DNA of 61,027 nucleotides, the filler included, from Sluysia triapertura (lineage: Eukaryota): assembly GCA_046118255.1 (NCBI GenBank). It is 5 parts of 5 records of this genome, joined end to end, with 100 filler letters (N's around TTAATTAATTAA, not from the genome) between each part and the next. Parts side by side here need not be neighbours in the genome. Positions count along the whole stretch, not along the records: positions 12,675 to 25,147 come from JBJNIA010105652.1; positions 25,248 to 36,306 come from JBJNIA010189519.1; 3 more parts are not named here. One strand, written 5' to 3'. How positions within the stretch are numbered: position 1 is the first letter of the stretch; each line of letters opens with the position of its first letter. This document shows positions 14,308-28,049 of this stretch, in pieces. A program made the translations under genes and the position numbers. The notes beneath the pieces were generated by a model. It was not told where the DNA came from and did no database searches. It was given only the letters and a program-made list of their open reading frames with translations.

Positions 14308-14701
14308 AAGTTACGCAGCGGTTGATGCCTCGTTACTACTTGTAGTAGTTTTATGAACTAATAGATTTCTATTCGAAGTCTCAGATATAAATTCGGCAAC
14401 TGCAATTTTATATGCAGACTCAACCACTGGTCATTCTATAATTCGTAAAAATTCATTTAAGTCGACTTCTTTTATTACATAATCAATAGTTTCCTAAATG
14501 TTTTGCGGAAATTTTACAATACAAATGTAGGAAATTACGCATCTTTACATCAAAATCATCACTTCATCACATACGAATATTTCTTTCATAAACAAAACAC
14601 TAAATAATCTACTTGAGTCATTAAAAAAACAAACATAGTCATTGTACATAATTATCATTTATTATATTTATTCTTACGAGGCATCAACCGCTGCTTAACT
14701 T
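14308..14701. repeat. 28-bp inverted repeat pair enclosing ~340 bp
   Basis: AAGTTACGCAGCGGTTGATGCCTCGTTA (14308-14335) versus TTACGAGGCATCAACCGCTGCTTAACTT (14674-14701), 2 mismatches. Confidence 0.85.
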
Positions 14702-16139
14702 CTATCACAATAATGACTTTCATGGTAATCTCAAATCATCGTAACAATTATGTAACAATTCAATTTAAACTTCATTTTTTAATTGTTATCATTATAATTT
14801 TTATTATTATTAAAATTACTCTATCTTACTTTTCTACTTCCTTTTTGTTTGAATGCATGTCCATATGTTAATATGTACATATGTTTGCACTTTTGTATGT
14901 ATGTTTATTCATCTTCACATTTTATCACTTTTATTACTTATTATTATCGTGTATTTATTACTATTCGTGTAAAAAAATCTGTGCATGCTTTTATTGAACC
15001 ACCTAAAAGCTAGAAAATTAAAAAATCATAAGCAAACTTCACAGTCGATAAAGTTATACTTAAAGTAATGAATTGATCAATACCAAGTCTGATACTATTA
15101 TTTTTACTAGATCTTCCATCATGTGTTAGTAATATTTGTGTTGCACATTTTAAATTGATTTGATCTCAAAGCACGTATGTGTAATTATGATCAAATTATT
15201 TAACTAAAAAACATTTTTGTGATAAAATTCAACAATTTTCAAAGTTACTATGAAACTATTAATCAAAAGTGTATAAATACAAGAGTATAAAAACGTTGTT
15301 ATAAAATGTTGGAAAATAACTACTTTCTCCGAAAATTCTGGTGAAAGTAAATTAATAGATAAAAATACAGAAATTTTATTCATGTTGAATGATAACAAAA
15401 TTTACTACTACTACGATTACTACTACTACTACTACCACTAATACTGCTGTTGTTGTCAGTTCTCCATCGTATCTGAAATTATAAAATTAAATAAATACAA
15501 AAAATTAATAATAATTAATTGGCAGGGGAAAAGATTTTTAAAAAATCAATTTTTAAAATTATCTTAAAATGATTATTCAAGAATTTATATTAGTTATGAT
15601 TTTTATGTATTATTCAACAAAAATCCAATTTTGAATACAAAAAAATTCTTACCAATGGAACTGTTATCAAGTAGTCTAATTGTTGAACCAATAGAGACTG
15701 TTATGTATGTTTTTATTCTAATAATATTACTCTTGTTTCATGATGAAATTTTGTCAAATTTTGTTAATTTGTTGGTTTTAAAATGGTGTATTGTTTTTAA
15801 AGGCATTAAGCCTGATTTGTTTCTTAATTTGTTAGTGTTTAAAATTTTAATCGTTTCAAATAATTTAAAGTGTAATTTATATTTAAAACTTGATAAAATT
15901 ATAAATAAATTTAAGCCATCCAAAACAAACATTTATAATGAAATGATGATGAGTCTTTTTTGTTGCATATTTAAAAGCTCTAAATGATTCCTGAAGTCTG
16001 TTGTCTGACATTTCATATTTTGAAAGTTCTGTTTTCATTATTTTGTTTTGATCTGATCAATAATTTATTGAACCAGATCTAATAGCGATAAAAATTAATA
16101 ATAATAATAATTACGTTTTTATAAGATAATTTTATATAT

Positions 16140-16730
16140 CAAAGGTGCGCAAACTTGGGGACAAACCCGGGTGGGGGGCTCGTGATAATAATTTGGGGGG
16201 CGCTAAAAATTTTTAAAATTGTTAGATTTTACAAAGTTTTGTTTTTTCTTTGAATATTTTTTGTTGTTTTTGTACCAATTCAAGTAATTCAATCATCTAA
16301 TTCCATAATTTAGGTTCTTGATGCAGAACAATCATCAAGAATAAAATTTCAAAGCAAAATATTTACAAATTCATAAAGCAATTATACATGTGCGCTAGAG
16401 ATGTTATGCTATTTGGTATTCTGCTATTTTTAGCTATTACTTAAAAATAACGTTAGCAGCTATTAAATACGTGTTAAAAAATATTAATATTTCACAGAAG
16501 TGAAATATTAACAGACATAATATCGCATTTTTGATATAAAGAATTAAAATTTAATTTTGTTAATTTTTCCTTATTTTTGCTAAATAATTAGAACTGTTGT
16601 TTTCATAATATTTGATTTATTAAATTTATAAGAAACAGAAAAATACATTTTCTTATTAACAGGTGTTTATTTTATTTATGAAGTTTTTTTATAGTCACGT
16701 TATGATTTTTTATTAAGTTAGGGGGCAACT
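16140..16730 (+). mobile_element. hAT-like non-autonomous element, copy 2
   Basis: Starts CAAAGGTGCGCAAAC with GGGGGGC subterminal runs. Highly similar to 12092-12574. Confidence 0.75.
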
Positions 16731-18169
16731 TAAATAACCTACATTAACGAAAATGAAAAATTACATAAATAATAATACTCATTCTTTTATATCTTGCATC
16801 AATTTATACCTAAAAACATAATAATGTTTGCGGAATCATAGACTAACAATTAATGACATTAAAATATTAATTACAAAAATGTCGTCACCACTCCGTAAAT
16901 CAACTGTATACTGTAGATCTGTTTAACTTGATTCATTACTTATTTGTAACTTATTAGATCACTATCGATCCTGAGTGTAGACTCTCTGTATCCTAAGTTT
17001 GACAATTAACATCGAAACAACAAACTGTATAGAGTGCACATTTTGTTAAGATAATTTTACCTAAGGGTTTTAATTTAATCAATATTTCGTCATCACAATT
17101 AATATTTAAGTGTGTATCATCGTAGTACTTATTAAATAACAAACTGAATGATATTCAATATCACAAAGCTATATAATTTATACAGGAGTTTTTAAAGTTA
17201 TATTTCGATCGAAACAAAAACTGTGACAAATATAGTTAAAATTTTACCATTTAATAGGACAAGACGTAATTATATGAAACACTTCTCTGTACCAAACATC
17301 TGTCACACTTTGACCACTAACACTACCACAATTTACATCAACTAATACGGCCATATTCTCACTAAAGCAGTCATTATATGCATTGTATTCTGTTGCACCG
17401 TTTGCTGCCCAATGTTCAAACCATTGTTAATTTTATACGCAATGTTAACGGACATGAGCCGTGTCTATAATGGTAAAAAATATGTGACATAATTAGTTCT
17501 TCCATTAGACATTTTAATAAATCTGTATACGATTTAACAGATTTATTAATTTGTTAATCACTAAAAACGTTTAGTAAGTTTTAATAATTATTTAAAGTAC
17601 CAAGAAATATTTTTCAGATCGATAGCATTATATTATTAGTTTTGATATATATATTAATATAGTTTTACTTCTTATTTAATTTCAGGGATTCGATTACGAC
17701 TTGCTAACTCATCACAAAAATATCGAATTGATTATAATTTGAATTAGTATCTAATAAATCGATGTTAGTAGAATTAATGCACCATTTTCTTTATTTACGG
17801 AACAATAACGTAATAATTCATGTATTTGTATTAAGCAACAAGAACTTTCTATTGGATTAATAACATCTGTAACAAAATAATAGTATTCTTTTCCTGATAA
17901 CACGATGACCATATCGGCATTATATTCTATCCATTTATTAAATCCCTGTCTAAAACAGTTGGCTATAGTCCTTTTGCTAATTGAGTTCCAGCATATATTA
18001 CGAGCGAAAGGACATCAACTAAGTGAGTTCTTTCAATTGCTTCATCATATGCAATGGTGTCATCTTCAATCTCTATAGTCAAATTTCTCGTAAATGTTTT
18101 TGTGTGATGAGCTTTGAATTTTTCATAATTCATTGATCTAAGAGCTGGATTTTGGAAGTACAGTTTATG

Positions 18170-18930
18170 ATAAAATAGTAAAGCTTGATTTTCCTTTTTT
18201 ATTTTCTCATTAAGATTATGTAACCACCGGCCAAAAATTTCACAAATCATCCAAGAATATCTTAGAAAAGTCGATGTTTTTAAATCCTCTGTAGATTTAC
18301 ATTTCTCTAAAAATAGTAGAGCCTCATTTTAACCTGTTTCATTTGAGCAAAAAAGAAGTGTTAGAGAATTTTAGAGAATTTCCACTAGCCTTATCTTTGC
18401 TTAAAATAAATGTCTTTTTGTGAGGACACTTAAAGAATAACCCTGTTCCGTCACAATTAAATATGTCAAGTTTAGCATACTTATTATAAACCTTTTCGAA
18501 TTCTGTCCATGATTAACATAAAACCAAATGGTTTACCAAACCTTCTTAACCAGAAATAAATTATGCTTTTATTCCATATAATCTTTTGAATCTCGATATC
18601 CATATGATGGAGGCTTTAAAGTTATCAAGTTCTAATTTTTGGGCAATAATTAGTGTCATCTCTTCCAGTATTAAGTTTGTTATTGTGTTGTTCAACTTTC
18701 TCTTTCTTGATATCCAATAGGTGCAAATATATGTTTGAAATGATGATTTTATTTCACATTCTGATTTGTACTTCTCCAGGTTGTTGGCAATTGCGTTAAT
18801 CGTTCCACCGGCATCTTAAATTTATTGACAAGAGATGCTTGTGTTACAAATTTATTTTCTGGTTCATAATTTGCAACGGCTTTTTTCTGCAACTGAACAT
18901 CTTTTTTTTTCGTTTTCATTTAGTTACTAT
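18170..18930 (-). mobile_element. pogo/Tigger (CENP-B-like) transposase remnant
   Basis: Minus strand IAQKLELDNFKASIIWISRFKRLYGIK, DIFNCDGTGLFFK, TLLFCSNETG, EIFGRWLHNLNEKIKKEN. These are CENP-B HTH and DDE_1 motifs, with frameshifts. Confidence 0.88.
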
Positions 18931-19493
18931 GGGTATTTTTTGATCTACAATAACTTAAATATGATATACAATCGACAACACTTACAAACTGAGACTAACA
19001 AATCGATTTCTTCAAAAAATGTTCAAAAATTAACAATTAAAACAAAAATAATTGAAATGCAATGTAATATATAAACTGTTACTGTACGATCATTAAATAA
19101 TTTAAAAATAATTTGTAATGTCAAGCATTTTTCTAGTTCATTATTAAAAAATTCATTATTATAAATATTCATAATAAATATTCATGTATACAATTTACAG
19201 ATTTAATTTTAATTGTATAATTTATCCATAATTAAATTTAATATAAAATTATTTTTGACTTTTACTTCTATTAAGTTTGTTTTTTGTGTTTTAACTAAAG
19301 TTTAAAATATTTAAAATCATATTTAAATATTTTAATGACCTTCAAATAGTACATATTTGTTTATTTTGTCATAAATCATTTTATAAACATCAATTTACTG
19401 TTTCGTATACCGTACTTTCGAGTAATTCTATACCTCACCCAATAATCCGACATAAATTAAAATAATTCATTAATAATATATTATCGTCATTAG

Positions 19494-22394
19494 TACCACT
19501 ACAACAAAAAGTTTCCATTATCGGTGGTGAACTATTACACTGGACAACTTATGAATCTGATGCTACTGTAATATCCAGTGCTTGGCCAATAGCATGTGGC
19601 ATGGCAGAACTATTTTGGAATGTAAATTCAACATTAAATTTATGGCTAGGTAAGAAATTTCAAGAACAAGCTTGTAGAATGTATAGGTTGGTTGTGTTTT
19701 TTAAATATTTTAAAGACTTATCAATTTAATATTGCTTTTTTTTAGAAAATAAATTATCGAAAGATGAACATTTACATGAGATAATAAATAAATTTGATAT
19801 AAGGATACCGCTATATGAAAATTAATGTGTTTAAAAAGTATTTCTACTTATATAAGAATTATATATAAGAATTTGTATAAGTCCCTTTCATACAAGAATA
19901 TTCAAAATTACTGCGAATTAAAAAAATTGTAAAAAAGGCAAAAAAAATCAAAGTTACACAAAGAACTGTGTAACAAATTTATTTATTTAAAAAATAATAC
20001 AGTAGTTATTTACTTACAGCATATGGAATAATTTGAAGTTTTTGCGACGAAGGGGCGATAATTTTGAAAAGTAAATTATGCTATTCTTGTTGCAAACAAG
20101 ATTTTTTGAAATGTTATTTGTCAAAAATTCAATAACATAGTTAATTAAATTAATTTTGTGTAATCAACATTAAAATAATTAGCGTTTTGACCTTCATTTG
20201 GTATTATTAAAGAAAAAAATTTATTGATTACTAAAAAAATCGATGTCTCATGAAAAATGATTTATAAAATCTAAAAGAATAATGAATATAAAAAATATTT
20301 TATTTTTATATCGGCACCTCGGGCAGTCGCCCGGCTTGCCCGCCCTAAAGCAACTGAACCGAAAACTTAAATAAAAATTATATATCAAAAACGACAAATT
20401 TAATATGTATATTTAGTATTTACAAATGATGTTCAAAATGTCCACCTTGAACTTCAATACAAGCACGACATCTTTTGACAATTCCGCGACATACTTTCTG
20501 GCAAGTTTCCTCTGAAATTTGGTTCCATCCGTGCTGAATACTTTGTTTTAGTTGATCGATTGTCCTAGGCTTTTTAGCATCAAACTGCGTTCTTTAGAAC
20601 TCCCCATAGAAAAAAATCAGTCGGTATCAGATCCGGGGATCTGGCCGGTCATTCGATTGGCCCTCGGCGTCTAAGCAAATGTTTCATCAAGCCATTGTCT
20701 AACATCTTTGGTGTAGTCCATTTTATTGAAAATGAAGATCAACGAAATGGAGGAACTCATTAACAATATATCATCATTAAGAAGAATGGGTCTACCGATT
20801 CCAGCCCAGAGTGTGACTTCAGTAACATTGACTTCTGTTTCATTAATACGATGAGGATTCTCACTGTCCCAAAATATATATTAACATGCCCATTCAGTTT
20901 GAATCAAGCTTCATCACTCCATATTCCGGAAAATCTGGTGATTCTTCACAAAATTCTAATCGCAGAAGGAAATGAATAGTAGCGAAGATAATATAAAATG
21001 ACATAAAAGAAGTTACATTTGTCGATTTTGATATCTAATTTTTATTTAAGTTTGCGGTTCGGTTATTTTTTGGATACCTTATTATATACAATGTCTCTTT
21101 ATTATATAAAATGGGAACATTATTTGGATTTTATGAAAAATAAATTTAAGAAGTTGTATAAATTTATTCGTCTTCTATTTCAAGTTCATCTGATTCTTCG
21201 GAAACATAAATTGGTTCAATAGATCGATCAAATACTTTCATTTGTAAATATGTTTCATTAAGTAATGTTCCGTAGACATCATGCTTATAACAGGGGAGAA
21301 TCCGCCTGCATTAGTAGACTTTAGTATATTTCCAGATGATATAGCATTCCAAGAATTGACTTTTGGATTACCAGGTTGCTTACGATTTCTATTTTTGGTG
21401 AATTCTATTTCCGAGGAAACATTCCAAGGCTTAATTCGCGAAGATAAAAATATTTCATTAATTCGTTTCATAAGATTTAACTGGCTTTTCCCATTCTTTA
21501 AACATTGAATGGGAATATTCACAGTGATTTCTTTCTCCAAAGTGTTTCGCCGCTTTATACGAACTATTTTCAAGTTCCATTAGATTATTAATAACTTCCA
21601 TTGTAAAAATAGTTTTATCGTCATAATTATTATTTCTAAAATAAAAAAATACATTGTTATTTAACTCATATTTGAAATAAATTTGTTTAAACGTATTATT
21701 AAAACAATATTTATTTAAAAAATTGATGAAACTATTTGGAGTTATCCGTTATCTTTTCATATATTAAGATTTGAAAAATTTAATCAATGTTATTTTTTTC
21801 GACAGGAAACTTAAGTATCTTCAGGAAGTTCAGTAGGTATAGTTGTAAATTTTTCATTTTTGTACTGAATATTGCTACATATTTCAAAAATGTGTATTTA
21901 TTCTCTGATTATAGTTAATATCCAAGCAAATTACTATAATATCTCTTTTGCAATGGATAATTTAATAATTTAATAATATTAAATAAACAATTTGTTCACT
22001 AAAATGAATTCTTTTTGAAGTTAAAAATAAACATAATTCTTTTGTTTTTTCCATTTCTTCTTTATTTTCATTTTTAGATTTGAATCTTTTCTGAACCAAA
22101 GAAATATGTTCTCATCAAACAATCTTTCTAAATGTTTACAGTACTTAAAAATAAAATTAATATTAAAATGTATTTAAGCTTGATAAATGTCATAAAAAAC
22201 TATAACACGACAACCCGAAGATGGATTTCTTCAAGAATATTTCATTTTTTTGCATCTAATTTATGTAATAATGATATTTTGAATTATTTTATTGAAAACT
22301 CAGAAATAACCTTCAGATAGGTGTTGGTAATGGACCGCATAATTGTGATGCTGAACAGCAATATTATTTACCGGACGTGGAAGTTGATATGAAG
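19494..22394 (+). CDS. Beta-hexosaminidase (GH20), 3' exons 19494-19686 and 22304-22394
   Basis: PLQQKVSIIGGELLHWTTYESDATVISSAWPIACGMAELFWN...KKFQEQACRMYR|NNLQIGVGNGPHNCDAE matches the GH20 C-terminal pattern (IGGE..W.EY.D....R.WPR..AE.LW...CR...G...C). The phase-2 GT-AG junction fits. Both exons are absent from the ORF track. Confidence 0.82.
20313..20351 (-). mobile_element. hAT-like terminal fragment abutting the mariner TIR
   Basis: Minus strand CTTTAGGGCGGGCAAGCCGGGCGACTGCCCGAGG, a GC-rich hAT-type subterminal sequence. Confidence 0.45.
20352..21087 (-). mobile_element. Internally deleted Tc1/mariner element (Tc3/rosa-like) with TIRs, inside the hexosaminidase intron
   Basis: Minus strand IWSDEA*FKLNGHVN..WDSENPH, RRGPIE*PARSPDLIPTDFFLWGVLK, KRCRACIEVQGGHFEHHL*. 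Inverted repeats at ~20354-20402 and ~21014-21062. The outer end lies at a TA near 21087. Confidence 0.92.
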
Positions 22395-22875
22395 GTTAGT
22401 TATGGTATTTTTTATTATTAATGATAATATTAATAAAGTATTATTATGTATTGCACATCCACGCTATTTTGTCAAATTCGATTTGGAAATTATTCGTGGA
22501 TTAAATAATTAAATAATAAATAATTAAAATGTATCAAGAGATTTTCTATCTGTAAGTTACAATTGGTCTTTATATTATTGTATAATGTATATCGTGATTT
22601 CAATAATTTTTAGAGTTCACAGTTGAAGTTCATATTTATTCCAGTTTAAAAAGGAGTTCAATTTCAGAGTTATTTATATTACAATTTAAAATCTTTACTT
22701 TGTTCACCTTCTCTTTACAAAAGAAGTAAAATCATTTTATTGTATCTCATTTTAAACTATTACTCGTTTATAATTAATTGAGCGGATAGATTAATTGTCA
22801 ATATTATAATTGTTACATAGACATATCAGTAAGGATTCTTAGTGATCTCTATATTATTTAGTTACTTTTGCATTA

Positions 22876-22936
22876 GCCTGAAAATGCTTTGAATAAGCCC
22901 TTAAGTGCGTAAGCCTTAGATCACAGGCGAACACAC
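22876..22936 (+). ncRNA. Structured dispersed motif, copy A
   Basis: GCCTG...TGAATAAG [CCCTTAAGTGCGTAAGC] CTTAGATCA CAGGC GA ACACAC. Confidence 0.55.
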
Positions 22937-25147
22937 CTTCATTTATTAAACATTTTATGATTGTAGGTTTCAAACGAAACACTATCAGAATGAACGTATT
23001 AGTTTGGAGTTTTCGAGTGATTTGATTGGTTTACTTTAGTATTTTAAATTACAAATTATATTATTATTATTACGATAAATTATTATTAATAAATAAATAA
23101 AATATTAAATAATTTATCAATATATCCCAAATAACATAAAATTAATTGCTTCTCATATTCATAACCATCATATGAAAAGCAAATTGGAGTAAGTATGCAT
23201 TCTTTATCCTTAACTGTTAATTTATTTTCTGATATATTAAGTAGATTAGTTTCAAGGTTTGATATTATAAATGATGGTTTTAGTGCAACGTTGATTGCAG
23301 TTGATTCAACATTGTCAATATCAATTAACTTAGCAACATTTTTGCTAGATCCTGCCAAAAATAGTTTTTATAATATCTAAGGAAATTTTTTTACGAAAAA
23401 AAATGTTTTCTTGATTTATGATAAATATTCATGTTGTCCTCATTAAAAAAGCATTTAATAAATACTCGATTTCTTTGTCTAATATGTATAATGCCAATTT
23501 TGATATGACAGATTGTTTTAGTAAAATTATATTCTGCTTGAGTCATCGTGCATGAAAAATGTCAATTTAATAAGCACAGGATTAGAACAAATTGTTTACT
23601 GCAATTATGTGAAAACCTGAATAGAACAAAAAAAGTTTTATGGATATATAAAATATGTAAAGTAGCTAAAGATTTCATTGAAATTATCATGGAATTATCA
23701 TTTAAAAATAAAAGACTTTCTTTGCAATTTCCTGCAATTAAAAAAGATAATTAATCAAAAGTTAATTAAAAACAAATAATATTAATTAAAAATAAACAAA
23801 TGGTTAAAATAACTCTACATAAACAGGAAGTATCTAAAAAAATTAAACAAATTTTATAATAAATAAAGAAAATTAAAATTTGGACAGGAAGTACATTAAG
23901 TCAATTAAAATACATTAAATTGAATTTATTATTTATTTTATGAACAACGTATGTTAAGAAAAGAGCATATAAAGAGGATTCATTCATATAAAATCACACA
24001 AGAGAAAAATTCTACTAATTAGTTCAGTTCGTTTATTGAATACTTCGGACACAGAAGGCTAATTGTTATTAAAGGAATCATTCATCGGATTGATATATTT
24101 TATTGTACAAGAATTCGTAAGTTTTTAATTGTTAGGAATTTCTCTATTTTAAGGCAGAGACAATTTTATACTTAAACGACTAGTTTTCCACTAGCCATAA
24201 TTTCATATTTAAATCTTGTTAAATAAGCAGTAATAATATTTTATTGTTACAATTTTGTTTTATTATTACTATCTAGTTTATCAAAAGTTTTTGTATATCA
24301 TTTTAAACGTATTTGATTAATAAACTTTAGTGATTCAATTGTATTTTTTGATAAATATATACTGAATTTAGTAATAAAAGAATATTTAGTAATAAATATT
24401 CTTATAACAAGTCTTCGTCCAGATATAAATCGTGTAGTATAAGCGGACCTATAACTTGATATTTTGCTACAAAACAAATCATTAAGTCATTATCATTATA
24501 TTAGCAAATATTAATTGCAAAGGTTGCCATTGTTTAAAATAGTAAGTTTATAAAATAGAAAATATTAACATCCAATCGAAATTCGTATTGATTGTACATA
24601 ATCATGCGCAATCACAATTAAAATGGACGAATACAAATAATTAATTTATTTAAACTTAATTTATCCAAACATGAAAATTTCCCTGCCTTACGTTATTTAA
24701 AATGCAGTTTTTAGTGTGTCAATATTTTTGTTAGTGATAAAGTTGTGTTTGTAATTAAAAACGTGTAATTAAAGGTGGTAGAAAAATTAAAAATGACTTG
24801 GTACCTTATTTCTAATTGGATAATTTCAAGTTCTTTTGTAAATTTTATGTTCAGTATATATTTTGAAAATTATTTTTATTTATTTAAATGGTTTCAAGGT
24901 TAAACTTTTGGTATTAATCTGATACAACCAATTAATTACAGCTGTAAAATTTTGTAGGACTCAAAAATTCAAAATAATAGTTATGTTGGGGTTGTGATTG
25001 TGCTGTGGTTTTCTGAACTCTTAACCTACGGAAAAATAAAATTGAGTACGGTCCGGTTCCAGTAAAATAGCATCTCTGTAACTAAAACTAAATTAATTCT
25101 AATGCTAAAACTTAATGAAAATCTATTAATTAAATTAGAGGGTCTTT

Positions 25148-25247
25148 NNNNNNNNNNNNNNNNNNNNNNNNNNNNNNNNNNNNNNNNNNNNTTAATTAAT
25201 TAANNNNNNNNNNNNNNNNNNNNNNNNNNNNNNNNNNNNNNNNNNNN
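25148..25247. other. Artificial scaffold spacer
   Basis: N44-TTAATTAATTAA-N44. Confidence 0.97.
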
Positions 25248-25359
25248 ACTACACAACCATTGGGACGATCTGTTAGGCTGTTTAAAGCTACTTTTAACCC
25301 ACTGATGTAGAACATAGTTTCTGTCGGACCCATCGTCCCATTGGTAGTCAAAGGGTTAA
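25248..25359 (+). mobile_element. piggyBac-like right end
   Basis: Ends ...GTAGTCAAAGGG-TTAA (GGG terminus plus TTAA target). Internal inverted repeat TGGGACGAT/ATCGTCCCA. Confidence 0.6.
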
Positions 25360-25693
25360 ATTATATGAAAATTCAAAAAATTACTCTATCACGTTCATTT
25401 TGATTAAACGACAATTTCATTATTCGATTAAACTTGTAATAACTAAATTAATTTAAATTAATTAAATTTAACTTAAATAATGAACAAAAATGCTCTTGAA
25501 TAATATGTGCCTATTCAGTTTTTTACAACTCTAAAGCAAAATCCTGCTGCGAGATTTTTATGAATAAAATATAAAAATATATTTTTAAAATCTTGTCATG
25601 TATGTGATATTGCCTAAGTATTTTGAATACACATTTTTAGGGAATTGTTTGTAAATATTAATGAAATATAAAAAAAGTATTTTAATATTTTAG

Positions 25694-25951
25694 AATCAAA
25701 AAGTAATTGATAAGCGAAAACAGCGTCAATACGACAAAGAACTTCAAGAACAGAATCGACAAAAGCGTTTGAATAAAATAAAAGACCAAGTCGTAATACA
25801 AGTTGAACGAGATCCTAGTCGTTTACTTCGTCCTACTGAAGGATGGGTTCATCATTTAACTAATAATGAATATAAAAATTGTGAAATGAATTCTGTGATT
25901 ATTTCTAATGTTCAGCATAAGGCCTTACCATCTTGGCGGAAAAATTTATAA
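25694..25951 (+). CDS. CCDC112: Coiled-coil domain protein 112, terminal exon
   Basis: AG acceptor at 25692-3. RLNKIKDQVVIQVERDPSRLLRPTEGW...VQHKALPSWRKNL* matches the CCDC112 C-terminus (V.RDPSRL..PT.GW...H.A.P.WR). AATAAA near 25996. Confidence 0.82.
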   Translation, partial: NQKVIDKRKQRQYDKELQEQNRQKRLNKIKDQVVIQVERDPSRLLRPTEGWVHHLTNNEYKNCEMNSVIISNVQHKALPSWRKNL

Positions 25952-27060
25952 TTTTATTATAAGTTGTTTTAGTGATTTTTGTTTTATATGTACAAAATAA
26001 ATTTTTCGTCACTTTATTTGTTAAAGTTATATAATAATTATTAAATATTTACGAAATAAAATTGAAAAAATGAGAAATGTTTATATATAACTAATTTGAA
26101 ATATGTTTTGTCGCCAAAGAATGTTCGATTTTCCACCTAATTGAGACTTTATCGAAAATTATAAGTTAAATCAACTAATTCCATTTGTGATTTTCTGGTA
26201 ATTCTATTGAATTAATATAATCAATAATAAAATGATTCGATAATAAAATTATCTTGTTGAGTAAGTGGACAGCTATTACTTGGTAGAGTTAAGCAACGTT
26301 TTCAGTGTTTATTTTGTAATTATAAATAAAACTAAGATTCAAATGCAAAATTCCATTCAGGATTTTTGTCTCACAATCTTTGTCCTTTGTACCTGCATGA
26401 CAGGAATTTTCCTTGTACAAATTTATGAATTTGAAACGTTTAATCACTCGAATTATTCAACGTTTTTCATAGTGCAATTTTGAATTTCTTGATATTCGTA
26501 CCTGGTAGCCAACTTGGATTTGTATAGTTTCTGTTTGTTTCAAATTACTGCGTTCACATTTCATTTTTGTGCTTTGTTACAACAACATGGGAATTAGTTA
26601 AGTTACGTTATTTATTTAAATAAATTGAGCGAGGTGGAATACTTGGCTTAAAATGAAATTGTACTTTAAGTGAGATTTTAATGCTAAAATTATTAAAGCA
26701 AACTATTAACTTACAATGATTTGGAAATGAATATTCGAAATAGTTCCAAATTATATTCTAAAAATGTAAAAATGTCCACCAACATTTGTCGATCAATCAA
26801 TAAACCAAATCGCAGTTCCAAATACGATAAAATTTTACATGAATTCACCAAAAATTTTCCGATCGAAAAAAAGTTTTAAATTATTGGTAATACTTTAAAA
26901 CTAATCTTCAAATATTTTGTCATTTCATTATTAATCTGTTGCGTTGAATAACATTGCTACGTTTAACTATGTGATGCCCGTTTGGGTAATATAGGTTAAA
27001 ATGATTATATATTGTGTAAGAAATTGAGTTAGAGAATAAAACTAATTAATTAAAATTATT

Positions 27061-27178
27061 GTGAGTTCACCAACGTACTGGACTTACCAGTGAGGGCCAG
27101 CCGTTGGATTTTATCGTAAGAAAAAGATACTTAACTTTAAGTTATGAAGATTTTACTTAAATCCTTAATTCTGGAGGT
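27061..27178 (-). ncRNA. Structured dispersed motif, copy E
   Basis: Minus strand: ACCTCCAG...CCAACG GCTGG [CCCTCACTGGTAAGT] CCAGT A CGTTGG TGA ACTCAC. Confidence 0.55.
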
Positions 27179-28049
27179 AAACTCTTAAAATCTTAGTTAA
27201 GTGTCAAATTTAACAAATTGAATTGTAATGTTACGTCGATTTCGTTATATGGAATCGGGAGAATAGATTTTACTAACTAGAATTAACTTCTAGTATATGA
27301 AAACTACTAAATGATCGAGTTTAAGATTTTAAAACTATAATTACAATATTTGAACGAAATTAAAAATTTATTAATAGAATAAATTAACATGGATAATGTA
27401 CAGTATAATAATAAATACAAATTTTACGTACAACTAATTCAATTAGTTTTTACAAATATGTTGAAATTTTAAATAATATTTTACTTTAGATCTTTATAAG
27501 ATCCCAATTGATAATAAAGATTTTACATGTATTTTACCTACGATATTCTGTGAATATCTTACCTTATAAAAACTAAACTAACGTGATCCTAATATAAACG
27601 AATATAGTGATCTGTTCTGGAACTCGTAGGATGAAAAACAAAATCTTGTGTAATTGGATCTCGAACGAAATAATTAAAATTTGAAAAGATTCGTAAAAAT
27701 TTTGTAAATAAGAAATTTTTTGTTGTGATGTGTTACATTTTTATTGCGGTATTTATAGTTGTTTTAATTTTTGTTTTACTATTATATTTTATTTGGAAAA
27801 ATTCGCAATAATATGAATACTATTAAATACAAATGCTACAAGAGAGAAAATACACTAAGAATTAAACGTTATGTACAAGAATGCATGTCCATTATAAGCA
27901 TTTGTTAAATGATAGATTATGGAGTTTATAAATGGAAAATTTTCGGTTTTTAATCAAAACAAACTTGAATGATAAATGAAGTTTAGGATGAATAAAATTA
28001 TTGAAACTTATGGTCGAATAAAATGATTGATAAAGTTAATAATATTATT

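Noticed and set aside
19650-19655. GTAAGA as the splice donor of the hexosaminidase exon
   Set aside because: Reading through gives the conserved EQACRM segment, and the donor at 19687 matches the phase of the next exon.
22870-22940. Motif copy A as a canonical twister ribozyme (GCCUG/CAGGC, UUAAG-UGCGUAAGC-CUUAG, GA-ACAC)
   Set aside because: This fold works only for copy A. Covariation in the other copies supports the stem closing the longer CCCUU loop, and the GC expected right after P2 is missing. Kept only as a resemblance.
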